In this document: piece by piece, positions 1 through 12,232 of the stretch
How the letters are laid out: each line of letters begins with the position of its first letter
Numbering within the stretch: position 1 is the stretch's first letter
Program-made: the position numbers and the translations under genes
The notes under the pieces: generated by a model
What the model was told of the DNA's origin: nothing
The model's input: only the letters and a program-made list of their open reading frames with translations
The model's database searches: none
NCBI GenBank assembly: GCA_047495785.1
Contig: JBLDXI010000010.1
Location: 620,001 to 684,000 of the forward strand
DNA length: 64,000 nucleotides
Direction of reading: 5' to 3'
From: Lepidodermella squamata
Taxonomy: Eukaryota; Animalia; Gastrotricha

Positions 1-434
1 GAAAAATCGCATAAAAAGTAGGGCTAGGAAGCCCAAACTTTTCACAAAAAAACAAATTTAAAACTTTTGATTATAAATTATCAATCCGTGAATCTTCACC
101 CTAATTCGCACCAACTGAGCTGAAGGTACCATCCAGTCTTAATTCCCTTATGACAGGTTAAAACTATTTGTCACGCCACAGGCTATGGAGTTGCCTGGAG
201 ACAGAATAATAGATCCCGCTTGCTATTAACAGTCCATCACACCTTCGTGACGATGCGTGTTCTTGCCAACTGAATGTCTGTCAATCATGAAGTTCGCAAT
301 CAGTTTCGTGGATACGGCCAACGGAACTCACCTGGGATTTCACTTTATTTATTGCGTGTCAGCATTTCAGTGCAGGAAGCCATTCAAGCTCATCTGCATA
401 ATACCAAATGCATTCTGATTGACAGCTAGAAATT

Positions 435-1746
435 ATGATAGTTCATTCTATAATTTTTATAGTTCTGAATAATATTCTCCTAAGCGGGGCAACGAAACTT
501 GTTATCGATTCCAATGACGACCCAAACCTTGCTGGAAGTCGTGACCTCGTACTTCGCGAGCGATTTTTTCGACTATGCCCTATTGCGAAGGCGATCAACT
601 TGCCATCAGCCTGGCATTTAGAGACTGGAAATCACAGTTCTCCTATCATGACAAATCTGACGTCACTCATTATGCAAGTAAGCGTGATCAGCGATGTGGA
701 TATGAGGTAATCAAATTATTTATTAAATTCCTAAAAATCGGCAATTCAAACTTGTGTTCTGCAAGCATGACAGTGGCTATGAACCTGGCGATGTTTTGGA
801 ACATGCCTTGTCAGCCTAACATTAAATCTGAACTGTTGCCCGGATACGAGAATCTCACTCAGTCCATTTTGGATCGCTTGCAATTTCCAATACCATCAGA
901 TTCGGTTTGGTGGCCTGATATGCAGCACATAAATGCTGTCGGGGATGTGTCAAGGCCGTTGAGAGAGTAAATCCTTAGAATACTTCTTTGGTTAATCTAA
1001 TTTTTAATTTCAGTGAACAATATATCCGAGTGCGCCCGTTCCATAGGAATGGACATCGCTTCGTTATCAGCTGCATTCGATCATTCACCTCTCTCTGCTA
1101 TGGCTTTAGCTTCACAAAGTTTCCATTCGATCAGGCGACGTGCACATTCGAATTCGAACACGAGAATCGTGCGAATGAGGCATCTATCGCCATCGAAAGG
1201 GTTGGAATAAATGACGACTACACGCCAGTTCGTGATGACGACATTTGGGTATTCGTCTCCTACAATGGTTCAGTTGTCAGCAAAGGGGGATTCGATCACG
1301 CCACCTGTACCTTGGTACTGAAGCGGAAGTATCAATATTACGTCGCAAATGTCTTCATTCCATCCATCACGCTATTTCTCATCCAGATAATAGCGTTGGT
1401 CATGGATCCTGGACATCCTGACCGGCCGACGTTTTGTGTAACAGTCAATCTATCGCTTGCAGTAACCCTGACTGTGGTTTTTACGTTGATACCTCGAACA
1501 TCCCAGGAAGTCTACTTAATCAACATATTGGTCGTTTTCATGATGATTTGCGTCGTTCTGACTGTGTACACATTGATTACGAACTATATTGAAAGCATGA
1601 AATTCGCCAAAACCTTATTTTTCGTACGTGCTAATGGCAAAGGCGGAGTTCGATTCATTCGGCTTTGTGACCTTGGGGTGTCTATCTTAGCGTTTTGGTT
1701 CGGAATCGGAGCGCTACTCTACTACGGAGCAAAGATGGTTGCTTGA
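435..1746 (+). CDS. Divergent Cys-loop ligand-gated ion channel subunit, subfamily A copy 1; exons 435-706, 766-966, 1014-1746
   Basis: Signal peptide, WWPD loop-A motif, Cys-loop CYGFSFTKFPFDQATC, pre-M1 LKRKYQYY, four TM helices. GT-AG introns 707-765 and 967-1013 join three ORFs in frame. Confidence 0.9.
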
Positions 1747-2706
1747 AAATGCTGTTATATTAATGTCTTCGTATTCCGGACTTGATTCAATTCCTAATAA
1801 AAGATGGTCTCCTGCAGTTATCCTGGTTATTTTTTGCTAACATCTGGTATAATATTTTCAAAAATCCATAAATATAAGAATTTTGCGAAGAATTAGTAAT
1901 ATAATACGGGCGAATTTCAATAATTAATTCCAACCGATTAATTCTCGCACCCATCAACTAGAACCTCGAGCATCCCGATTTCATACCGGATCGTGGTATT
2001 TTTACAGAATTTTTGATTGATCTGTGCCCATTTTTATGAAACCTTGAGTTTCGGAAAGTCGTGCAATGTTTTTTCAGGAATCGGTGACTTGGATTTTTTC
2101 AAGGTACATCTGTTGGAAACAAGCTCTTAGGTAATAATCAGACCGCACCTGCTCTTTAATTTGCTGAAAACCGCGTCTTCGCATCCCTTAAAGTTGAAAA
2201 GCTATTCAAAAAAAGGGAGGCAAAAACGTTTGCGAAGTAGGACGGCTGAATTGGTGAGGATAAGGAAAAGCGACATAAGGGTCCTCCCTTTGATCTTTGA
2301 CTGAGCTCAACTTGCGGACCTTTCGAACTGGTAGGGAAGATCCCTACCATCCCTAGCGGTGCTTCGCACTTCAGTAGGAATATAATGTCTCGATTCGGCA
2401 GACTAAAAATCGAATCGAATCGATGTGTTTCTATTATTTGTTTGCGATGCGAAGGTAAACAAGCATTCTTCTTTGCGTTACGTAGTTGTTTGCTTGTAAA
2501 ATAATGTCAGACACGCGTCAGCAAGTGGGCATGGGTATCTAGCCGATTTCTCACAGACGCTGTGCAAATAAAGCAAGTAATGAAGAAACCGAATCTTTCA
2601 GATCTCGACACGTAGTAAAAAAATCCGAATTACTAGCCATTGTCCTGCATGCTTTTTACAGTGCTATTAGTGTCTGAAACTGTTGAGTTCATACGGTGTA
2701 TACTCC

Positions 2707-4044
2707 ATGAAAGCTTTGCGATGTCAGCCTGTTCTCATTTACATTCTGCTGATTCATAAGTCTCTAACTAACTCGACCAAGCTTGTTCTTGATTCAAATG
2801 ATGATCCCAATTTTATTGGCAGCCGTGATCGTCTACTTCAAGACCGGTTTTTCCGATTGTGTCCTATAGCAACGGCAATTAACCTGCCCTCGGCATGGCA
2901 ACTCGAGACCGGGAATTACAGTTCCCCAATTTTAACAAGGCTAACTTCTCATCTTTTGCAAGTCAATTTGGTCAGCGATGTTGATATGAGGTATCACTAC
3001 CAAGAATATTCATATTGCTAAAGTCTGATCTAATTAATGTTGAAGCATGATGGCTGCGATGAATTTAGCTATGAATTGGGAAATTCCTTGCATGCCTGAA
3101 ATAAGGGCGGATCTCTTACCTGGCTACGAGAATCTATCACAGGCCATATTGGATCGAATACAGTTTTCGATTCCCGCAGATTCTGTTTGGTGGCCAGATA
3201 TGCAGCATATCAACGCAGTTGGAGATGTGTCACGGCCTTTAAGAGAGTAAAGCCTTAAACCTAGGTCTTTAGATAATTTACTCATCTAGCTTCGCTTTCC
3301 TTCATTTTCAGAGAACGATATATCCGAGTGCGCCCATTTCATAGGCGCGGATTTCGGTTCCAAATCAGTTGTATTCGATCTTTCACTTCTCTCTGCTACG
3401 GCTTTAGCTTCACAAAGTTCCCTTTCGATCAGGCCACCTGCACATTCGAATTTGAGCACGAAAATCGCGCGAGTGAGGCATCAATCGTAATAGAAAAGGT
3501 TGACGTTAACGAAGACTACTCGCCGGTTCGTGATGACGATATCTGGGTATTCGTTTCCTACAACGGGTCAGTTGTAAATAAAGCAGGATATGATCACGCA
3601 ACCTGTACGCTTGTTCTGAAACGAAAGTATCAATATTACGTCGCAAATGTTTTCGTGCCGTCAATTTCCTTGTTTCTTCTTCAAATATTCGCTTTGGTTA
3701 TGGATCCTAGCCACCCTGATCGCCCGACATTTTGTATTACAGTTAACCTCTCCATGGCTGTCCTTCTGACAATGGTCTTCGATCTAATTCCACGGACGTC
3801 TCAAGAAGTGTATCTCATCAACATTTTAGTCTTTTTTATGGTTATTTGCGTTGTCCTAACTGTATACACTCTTGTTACGAACTACATTGGAGATATGAAG
3901 TTCGCAAAAGCTGTATATCTCGCGCGAGGCTATTGTAAAGGCGGTGTTCGATTTATCCGACTTTGTGATCTTGGGACGTCTTTTTTCGCCTTCTGGATGG
4001 CAACTGGAGCGATACTCTACTACGGCAAGATGATGATCTCCTGA
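2707..4044 (+). CDS. Cys-loop channel subunit, subfamily A copy 2; exons 2707-2990, 3046-3246, 3312-4044
   Basis: Tandem paralog of 435-1746 with the same motifs and intron positions (2991-3045, 3247-3311). Confidence 0.9.
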
Positions 4045-4230
4045 TCCAGTAATACCGGATGTATAGAATGTAGAGAACTCTCAAAACGGCTTTGCGCAAT
4101 CGAAGTCAACAAGCGAAAAGCAAAGAAGACACCTCAATTGATCAATATGTTGCCTATCTTTATTCAGCTAAAGAGCTAAACCATTCGGCCTGATGAAAAG
4201 ATAAAATAAAGACCAGCCTCGAAAGTTTAG

Positions 4231-7200
4231 TTATAGACGCTTAGATAGCCGCAAGCTACCTAGTCGAGAGAAGAATCCAGTTTTGCCTTTGGCAGTGTTT
4301 TTCAGATCATCAGTGACTGTGCGATACAATGTCCCAACAGTTTCGTGACGACCCTCCAGCAAAGCAACATTCATCGCCGTGAGTCCAAGAGAAGTTTTCG
4401 CGTCTACATCAGCTCCAAGTTCCAATAACAGCTTCAGAACATCTTGATGCCCATGTTTAGAGGCAGCCATAAGTGCCGTGAAACCATTCCATTTCTTAGC
4501 ATTCGCAAGCACCTTAGGGCCACCTATTTCCAAGATCAGTCTCGCAATCCCAACATGACCATTATTGCAAGCGATATAAAGAGCTGACACGCCACTGTCA
4601 TCTCGAACCAAGAAATCAGCTCCGTTTTCAAGAAGCAACTTCACAACAGCTAGGTGACCATTTGCGGCAGCAATGACTAGTGGGCTTCGGTTATCCTTAT
4701 TGCCAATATTGAAATCCGAGCCTAACGCAATGAGGGAACCGACAAAAGCTGAATGACCACAAGATGCAGCTATGTAAATCAAAGAGTTCTGATTCCGGCT
4801 TATTTTTCTCACTCGGTTGTAGTCGAAAAACTGCGCCTTCTCAACCAGGCTTCGAAGGACGGAGTCGTGGCCGAAAAATGCGGCAAGAACGAGACATTCT
4901 GAGATACATTCAGAGTTGTTTTGAACATTAGCGCAAACGCTATGAGCTTGCCCATTTATCGCAGCCGAAAATACATAGTCTGTTAAAGAAACGGAATAAT
5001 GCTCAGCAAAGAGAAGTCGAGTAAGAGCTGGTCTGAGATCCGAACAGTTGAAAGGGCCCGTGTTCGATATCAGTCGAGTTTCCGGGAATCTATCGCCGAG
5101 GAAAGTTTCCGCTGGAAGCTTGTTGTGAAATCGAGCTCTAAGAACCAGAACTCGAATTTCTCCTGGCTCCAGCATAGCCTTATGCCTCATGAGTAGTTCT
5201 GCACATTTCAAGTGGCCATTGATCATAGCCAGCCATAGAGCTGTTTCGAACAATCGATTTGAGGAATGCAACACAGAAACGGGGGCGTAAGTCAAAATCA
5301 AGCTTAGAGTCTCAGTGTCGCCATTTTTCGCTGCTAAGTGCAAAGCTGATGAACCATCCTTATCAGTGCCATCGAGCATTGAGTTTATGTTGTTCTCTGA
5401 ATCTTCTAGGATTGAACGGACAACCGTAGTCATACCTCGATTCACAGCCAGCATGAAAGGTGTGAGCTCTCGTTCGTAATCTTTGGTGATGGGAATTCTA
5501 TCGGCAAAATATCGCCTCGCCATTAATGACTGGATTGTATTCTGGTTACCGCTTTCGATAGCCAAATGCAACGCTCCTTTACCTCGATCGTCGACAAGTT
5601 CCGAGAGGTCTCTCAAACTGGATTCATCATTCAAGAATGCATGCTGGACAGTTGCGTTTTCTCGCACGATAGATACAAAGAATGAATTGATATACCAGTG
5701 AGAATCTTTCGATTTTAAGGCATTTTTTCTAAGGATGGAGTAAACACTGTTGTAGCCGATGGATAGGAGCTTGCCAGCAATTTTCACGAGGTACTCGATT
5801 GCAAAATTTCGCATCACACCATTCTCATCGCGCTTCAGCAACTCAGAATTGGCTAGAAGATTCAAAACCTCGCTCTGAGAGGCAAGTTGCAGCATTAAAT
5901 CCTCACTATCTGCTAAATTTACGATTATATCGATAGTAGCAATGCATTTTCTGGTGATTGCTACTTCCATGATAGTCTCGCCTTTAACCACCGGGTAGTT
6001 AGTAAAGTAATTCAACCGGGATTTGTCCAACTCATGACCTGAAGTCATCAAATCGAGCAGAAGTGTGGATGAAACCAGTGAATGTATACGGTAACCATGA
6101 TGTTCGAAATTGGTGACAAATCCCATTGAAACCAATTTCTTGCAGATTTTAAGCGTTTCTTCTTTCGACAATTGCCATAGGAGAGCCAAATCTTCAAGAG
6201 GAATTACAGCATTTTTACCAAACACTAGAAAAACGTTCAGTAGTTTTCTGTAGCCAGAAAAATCGCCGCTTCTAACCAGGCTCATAATCAAGTAATTATT
6301 GTCAGTTTCCGAAACATTAACGGTGAAACCGTCGAGTAAAGCCATGTAAATTCGTTTCATCGATTCCACTTCAGGGCTCGATTCGATCGAAAATGCATCC
6401 TTAATAATTTGTGACATCGCGCTTGCTAAGATTGGCATCCCGCAGCACATTTCAATCAGTTCAGGAACCGCTACATCAGCTTTCGGTCCGACAAGCATTC
6501 GATTGATAAAGCCGCTATCCAGTCGCCGAATTTTGACGAACTGAGAGAAAGCACCGGGTGACTCAGTCCGACTTCGAGATATTACGATCGACCTGATGTT
6601 ATCCGATATTTGAAAGACGGTACTCAAAATCTGCTCGATTTTGTGATCATGACTAACGTCATCAAAAACAACCAAGCATATCGAGCTTGAAAAATTGAGT
6701 TTGAAGAAACTTCGAAGTGCCAGGATTGACGGTTTGCCCTTGTAGCCACCCGCTTCCCGTAGACCGAATAAATCGGCTACTAAATCGAAAATTATACTGG
6801 CTTTTGTAAGATTCTTAGGGAGCTGAGAGCCGTTAATCCAAAGTACTGATGAAATGTTGAAGTTCTTGTGAATAGCTCGATTTCTTAGGACAGTTTCAGC
6901 TACTAAGGTGGTCTTGCCAACTCCAGGTTCACCGTAAACCAAAAGCGAGCACGGTTCATGGTTTTCCAGGCATAAATCAGCAAGAGAAGCTTCGATTAGG
7001 ATTTCTTCGTCTGGTCTCGAGAAATAATTGTCCAATTTTCCCGGGTAACAACCAACCAAATCTGGGTATCTATTATAAAGAAAAATAATCGAAATGTTCA
7101 ATCATGAAATTGCTGTCGCTACCTTCCATTTACTAAAGATTGTGGCGATGTATTCCGTTCCAGCATGTCTGCGAATTTTTCATACTTGATAATTCTCAGG

Positions 7201-7537
7201 ACAGTAAGGAAAATTGCCCATCGTTCGCAGCTTTTCGTGACATGATTGTCGACCAGTAATTTTAGTTGGCCCAGATCTGTTCTGGCTTTCTCAATCTCGA
7301 AAAGTTCATCACTCGAAATGACACCCTTCTCCCTCAGGATGATACCCAGGCGGTAAAAGCCGAATGATTTGCATAACGGTTTCCCATATGAAAAGATATG
7401 CAGCGATTCCAACCATGCTGAGTGGAAATCTGGGTCAAGTATTGCCATGAAAACGCAATTCTGCGGAGATTATGTTCGTTAATGAAAGAACCTGTCATGA
7501 ATGAACTCCTTAATTGCTTTTTATCACCTATACTCAT
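4231..7537 (-). CDS. Apaf-1-like STAND protein: CARD-like death fold, NB-ARC, ankyrin repeats; predicted exons 7537-7400, 7352-7123, 7069-4231 (about 1068 aa, start codon uncertain)
   Basis: CARD-like LREKGVISSDELFEIE...WAIFLTVLRIIKYEKFADML; Walker A GEPGVGKT; Walker B LVVFDDV; sensor VISRS; GMP; winged helix LALLWQL..LVSMGFV; IHS at the MHD position; many ankyrin repeats (SALHLAAKNG, SPLVIAAANGH, TALMAASKHGH). GT-AG intron 7122-7070; putative AT-AC intron 7399-7353. Confidence 0.85.
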
Positions 7538-9735
7538 TAGCGTTATCAGTATGCTCTTGCCACTGAAATTAATTAGCAAGTTATCTCCTCAGTTTTTTAC
7601 GCCATATACGGTTTAACAACGGCACTATGTTCGTAATTTTGAAGTGATAATAGATTGCATGCAGGAGAAGAGGTATCGTCCATTAGATTGTAGGATTGAT
7701 TGCGTCTTGAATCTGCAGACTTCAAATCCAATAATTTTCATTCCCCATCAACTGACTCGACCGCTCGAGTGCCAGTTATTGGAGTGATGACGAGAGGCAC
7801 AAAAAGCGGCGCCACTTCAGTAAAATCGAGCGTTTTATCACTTGGAATTCTATTATTATCCGCACTTGTGCTGCTATCGGAATTTTTAGATTAGAAATAA
7901 AGCAGCCTCTTTCGGCATAGCGATAATAGTCCTCTGGTTATCTATAACGCCAAATAACCCGTGTATTCAGCACTGATAAGCCATTTCCTGTTTTCAAAAC
8001 AACCATTTCGTTGTTTTTGTCCTTAAATGTGCTTTCATTGATGATTTTCACATTTTTGGCTCTCCTCGACATTACGGATGGCCTATATGGCCGTGGCATG
8101 ATTAAGCGCATTGAATCGCGTGACAGCTAATTTCCTTTATTTGAAAAGATTCTGTCACGACTTCTCCCTTGTATATAATGAAAAATCTTTGTGCCACATT
8201 CATTTTTACGAAAAATCGAATTTTCGTAATTTGCTCAGGCTATCAGCTAATTTTCTTTGCGCGTAAGAAATGCGGGGAGTCTCGCAGCATAATAATCCCT
8301 AAACGATCAAGACTCTTATTACAAGTTGAATCCCATAAGGGGAAGAGCACATTAGGATAATGAAGCCCGGTCATTTTAATGCTGGTTTTGTCATTCATTC
8401 TAGGCTATAAAGCTTTTTCCAACTCAGATAGTTTATTTTTTTGCAGACTCAAGAATGTTGCAACACTAAATACCCTTAATGTAATTACCAATCATCACTT
8501 ATAGGGGAAAAAGTATAGGAATGCAAAGCCGGTAGAAAGGAGGCGCCATAAAAAACTAATGTTATCATTTATTACGCGGCTTTATTTAGGTTACTTATTT
8601 TACAGAGGGCTCTAGTATCGCTATTACGCTTAGCATGAGTGTTTGTTGTTTCGACCAGATAATAACAATAATAAATAAATATACGTTTTTTCCGCCTCAC
8701 TCGCGCTTGTACAGCCGCAGCAGAGCGATTCGGCCGCTGAATTCACATAACCAAAACCGCAAAAAGCGAGACTAGCCTCTTTTGTTAATGTTGGCTAAGT
8801 ATTAGCTATATTATAGGCAAGCACGCGCAGTGCGGCTCGTTCGCGCACGTTGCAGGTATGCGCAGTAGAACAACGCGATGATAGCGACTTGTTTGCGGCT
8901 TGTGCCTCGCTATGAAGTATTAAACAATAATATTAGCGGCCACGGCCTCATTATACGTCATCTTTCAACCACTATAACAACAAACGGCTTATAATATAAC
9001 GACCTTCATCGTATAATTTCCTCATTTCCGCAGCTTGCCATGGCGTTCAAGTAGAAAAAACGATACATTATTGTTTCGCATCTATTTTCCGCTGCTTGCT
9101 TATTCTTCGAAATTATAGGCGCCACCTGCAGGTTGACCCCCGGGCATCTAGCGTGCCGCAATTTGTAAATATAATATACGGGCTGGTAGTTATGCGTGCA
9201 TTTCACGTTAAATGAAAAATAACGCATGCGAAACCCGCGGCTAAAAGTGTGTGTGAAATGAGCATTTAGTAATAGCTGTGATGAGCGTTCGCCCTCTGAG
9301 CCTAATGCTTAATTTATTCCAAAACAAATGTAGTTGCCGTGCTTACTACAAATTGATTGCTCATATCATGATTGTGTAAATTTAGCTGTTTTCAACTTAA
9401 TTCAACCTTTCAAATTTACCTTAACAATTCAGCAGTATTTTGCTCTCATAGAGTGCGATTTTTTCTACTACCTCTAGGACTTGAGACCGTGATGTGCGAC
9501 TGATTTCATCACGATTTTATACAATTTTCACACCGTGCGATCGATTTTAATTAGGATATAAATTTATCGAAGCGGTAGTAGAATGCCATTATATTTGCGT
9601 GATCACTTTGCGCCAAAAAGCAAAGTCTTATTATTTGAACAAAAAGCAGTGCACCTATAAGCTAGAAACTATACATTTTCATGCGATACTATGCTTTCGA
9701 ATTTTTGTACATATTTTTTCATTATTTTTAGAGGC

Positions 9736-12119
9736 ATGTCAAAATTGTCAGATGTTATCGCTCTTGCCGAGCGGCAGTGTCCGCCCGGCGACGAAATGGC
9801 AAAAGCTCGATTTCTCTTCAATTGGCTTTGCTCAGAGGCCGTTGTTAGCGACTACAACGCCGCTATTGAAGGTTTTACTCGTTACGCTGCAGCCTCCCAA
9901 CCGCCTAATGACGCAGATCTGGCTGTTGAAGTCTTCATTCTCGGTGTTCAAATCGGCAGGACGACTTACTCGTCAGCATACAGCCGCCTCTGCACATTGG
10001 CTGGTTTGCAAGTTCGCCAAGTTTGCGGGTCTTTACGAGGGGTCGGCTTGAGGTCACTCAACCATAGCTCGATTCGGCGGCAGTCGTCTGTATCATCCGC
10101 CCTAATGACAACCCACTCTTGGTCGCTTTTGAAAGTTGGCGAGAATCGTCAGGTTCTAGTTTGCTGCCAATGTGCCGTACAAAGGGCAGCGCCTATCGAG
10201 TTTTCTGAGGAAGAGGAAAAGCAGAAAGGAGATGAAACTGTCGCTGTAGTCGATGATTTTTACTTCGGTGCTAAACCAGAAATTTTCGCGTTCACTCACT
10301 TCCCGACGGAAACAGCAACTGATGTCAATTTTTCCCTCTTGGATCGGGTATTTACCCAAGAAGATTACTGCCTCTCGCCTCTAGTCACATCAGCTCTTTA
10401 TACACTTGGCCTGGAATTCACTAATTCTTCCCGTAAATCTTCGATTCTGGTGACTGACGCGAAAGACCTCGAGCTCGGCCTTGATTGGCGGAATGAAGCC
10501 GACGCGAGGAGAGCCGCCGAATCGCGCGATTTTCGTTTCCTTTTCGTAGCAACGGACCCAATTACTGGTGAGAGGTTGAAAGACGAAGAAATGCCGAAAA
10601 ACCTTGGTGACTACGTCATGTTTGAAGTTTCGGAGCGTGGCTTGTCATTCTCGCTTCGATTTCCCGAAAACGGCTTTTACCGCCTTGTAGCCTTTGCATC
10701 AAGTGAACGAAACGACTCATCGAACCAGCAATTACGTCGATCTTCAATTGCCCCGTCTCAGATGAATCAAAGAACGACCTCTGAGGCCGGCAAAGTCTTT
10801 CGAGCCAAGAAGTCAACTTCATTTCTGGTTCCGCAAACAAGCACCCTAGTTCCGCTATGTGAATGGTCGGTAGAGGTGGATAGGCCACCCTTGAAGGACC
10901 CTCAAGATCCCTTCCCGAAATGCCAAGCCTCTCAAGTTTGGGGTCTGCCTTCGTTTGTTACGAACAGATTCGGAGTTTCGAATAGCCATGGCAAGTTCAG
11001 GGCAAAAATTGAGGCTGATGAGAATGGAATTGCGGAAATTTACTTCCAACTCAGTAAATCCTGCATATTCTCAGGTAGGTTCCAGCCTGATTATTCCGTC
11101 TCAAAAATGTAAAAAATGTTTTTTTTGCAGCCAAGCTGAAAAGATTCGACGAAACTAACCCGGTTGGAGCGAGTGTTTTTCATCGGATTGTAAAGAATAC
11201 AGCAGTTTTCACTGTTTGCCTCTCGCTTGAGGAAGATGTTACTGAGGTTGGCCTTGAAATCTTCGCTAACGATCCTAGCTGCGACAAGACAACTTTATTT
11301 GGCTTCGCCCAGTTCTTAGTGGTCGGTCCAGTTAAACCCATAGGAGAACAACCCTTTTGCCTCCGACAACTTCTACTTTATCCTGCATTGACCTCAAATG
11401 TTCTAGGTTTTCACGGAACTTACTGTTCGGATCTTGGGATTCAGCCTTACACTCACCCTGATCCTTTGATAACCGTAACTTCAGCCAAAGAACTCGAATT
11501 GCAATTTAAGACAACCGAAGACCAACCTCTTCGCCTCATCGTTGCTTTGTACCTCGTGAAAAACATGGTTGCCCCTAATCAACAGGGCTTGGTCGATGTT
11601 AGCATGTTCGCAATGCATCAGACAATCGATTCTAAGACGCTGGCAATTTTATGCCGATTTCCTCAGAGAGGGACTTACAAACTACAATTATTCGCTGCTA
11701 AGCACGGCACTCAAACTGATTTACCGGCCGTTTGTACCTATGCTGTGTTCGTGAATAACAAAACAGCAGTAAGTTCCCCGTTTCCTAAGCAACTGTCTGC
11801 CTGGCACGGCGGGTATCTATTCGAGCCAAGAGTTGGAATTCTTGAAAGAACAAGCAAGAACCCGAATGCCAACTTCAAGCTTAAGCTCCCGACTGCGAGG
11901 AAGGTTGCCGTAGTCGTACGATCCTCGCCTAAAGAACGAATCGTTTTACTGAACAAAACTCAAGATGCGGAGGGTAACTTCATGTGGGAAGGCATGTTAC
12001 CCCTCGAACCAGTCGCTCCTCAGCCAGAAATCGCCGTCATGGCTAACCTGGAACGCGAAAGAGACGAAGCGAGTTACAGCACGCTATTGATTTACAATAC
12101 CCAGGAAATGTTCGAGTGA
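9736..12119 (+). CDS. Hillarin/kyphoscoliosis-peptidase-like protein (transglutaminase-like core plus Ig-like repeats); intron 11075-11130; an upstream exon is possible
   Basis: KARFLFNWL, YSRLCTLAGLQVRQVCG, HSW, DDFYF..PE.F..THFP, FPENGFYRL, FPQRGTYKLQLFA, GYLFEPRVGIL. The intron joins ORFs 9691 and 11319 in frame. Confidence 0.8.
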
Positions 12120-12232
12120 ATTCAATCAAACTTTTTGTTACAATATGTCGCTTTGTGCAATCAAAACATGAAATCTATTTGTTTACGTCGTTGAAAATAA
12201 AGCTAGCTTTGTCGCCAATAACACTGGTTGAG

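Noticed and set aside
435-1746. Channel, SDR and nuclear receptor genes as frameshifted pseudogenes or recoding cases
   Set aside because: Each break is resolved by a short intron, at positions shared among paralogs where paralogs exist.
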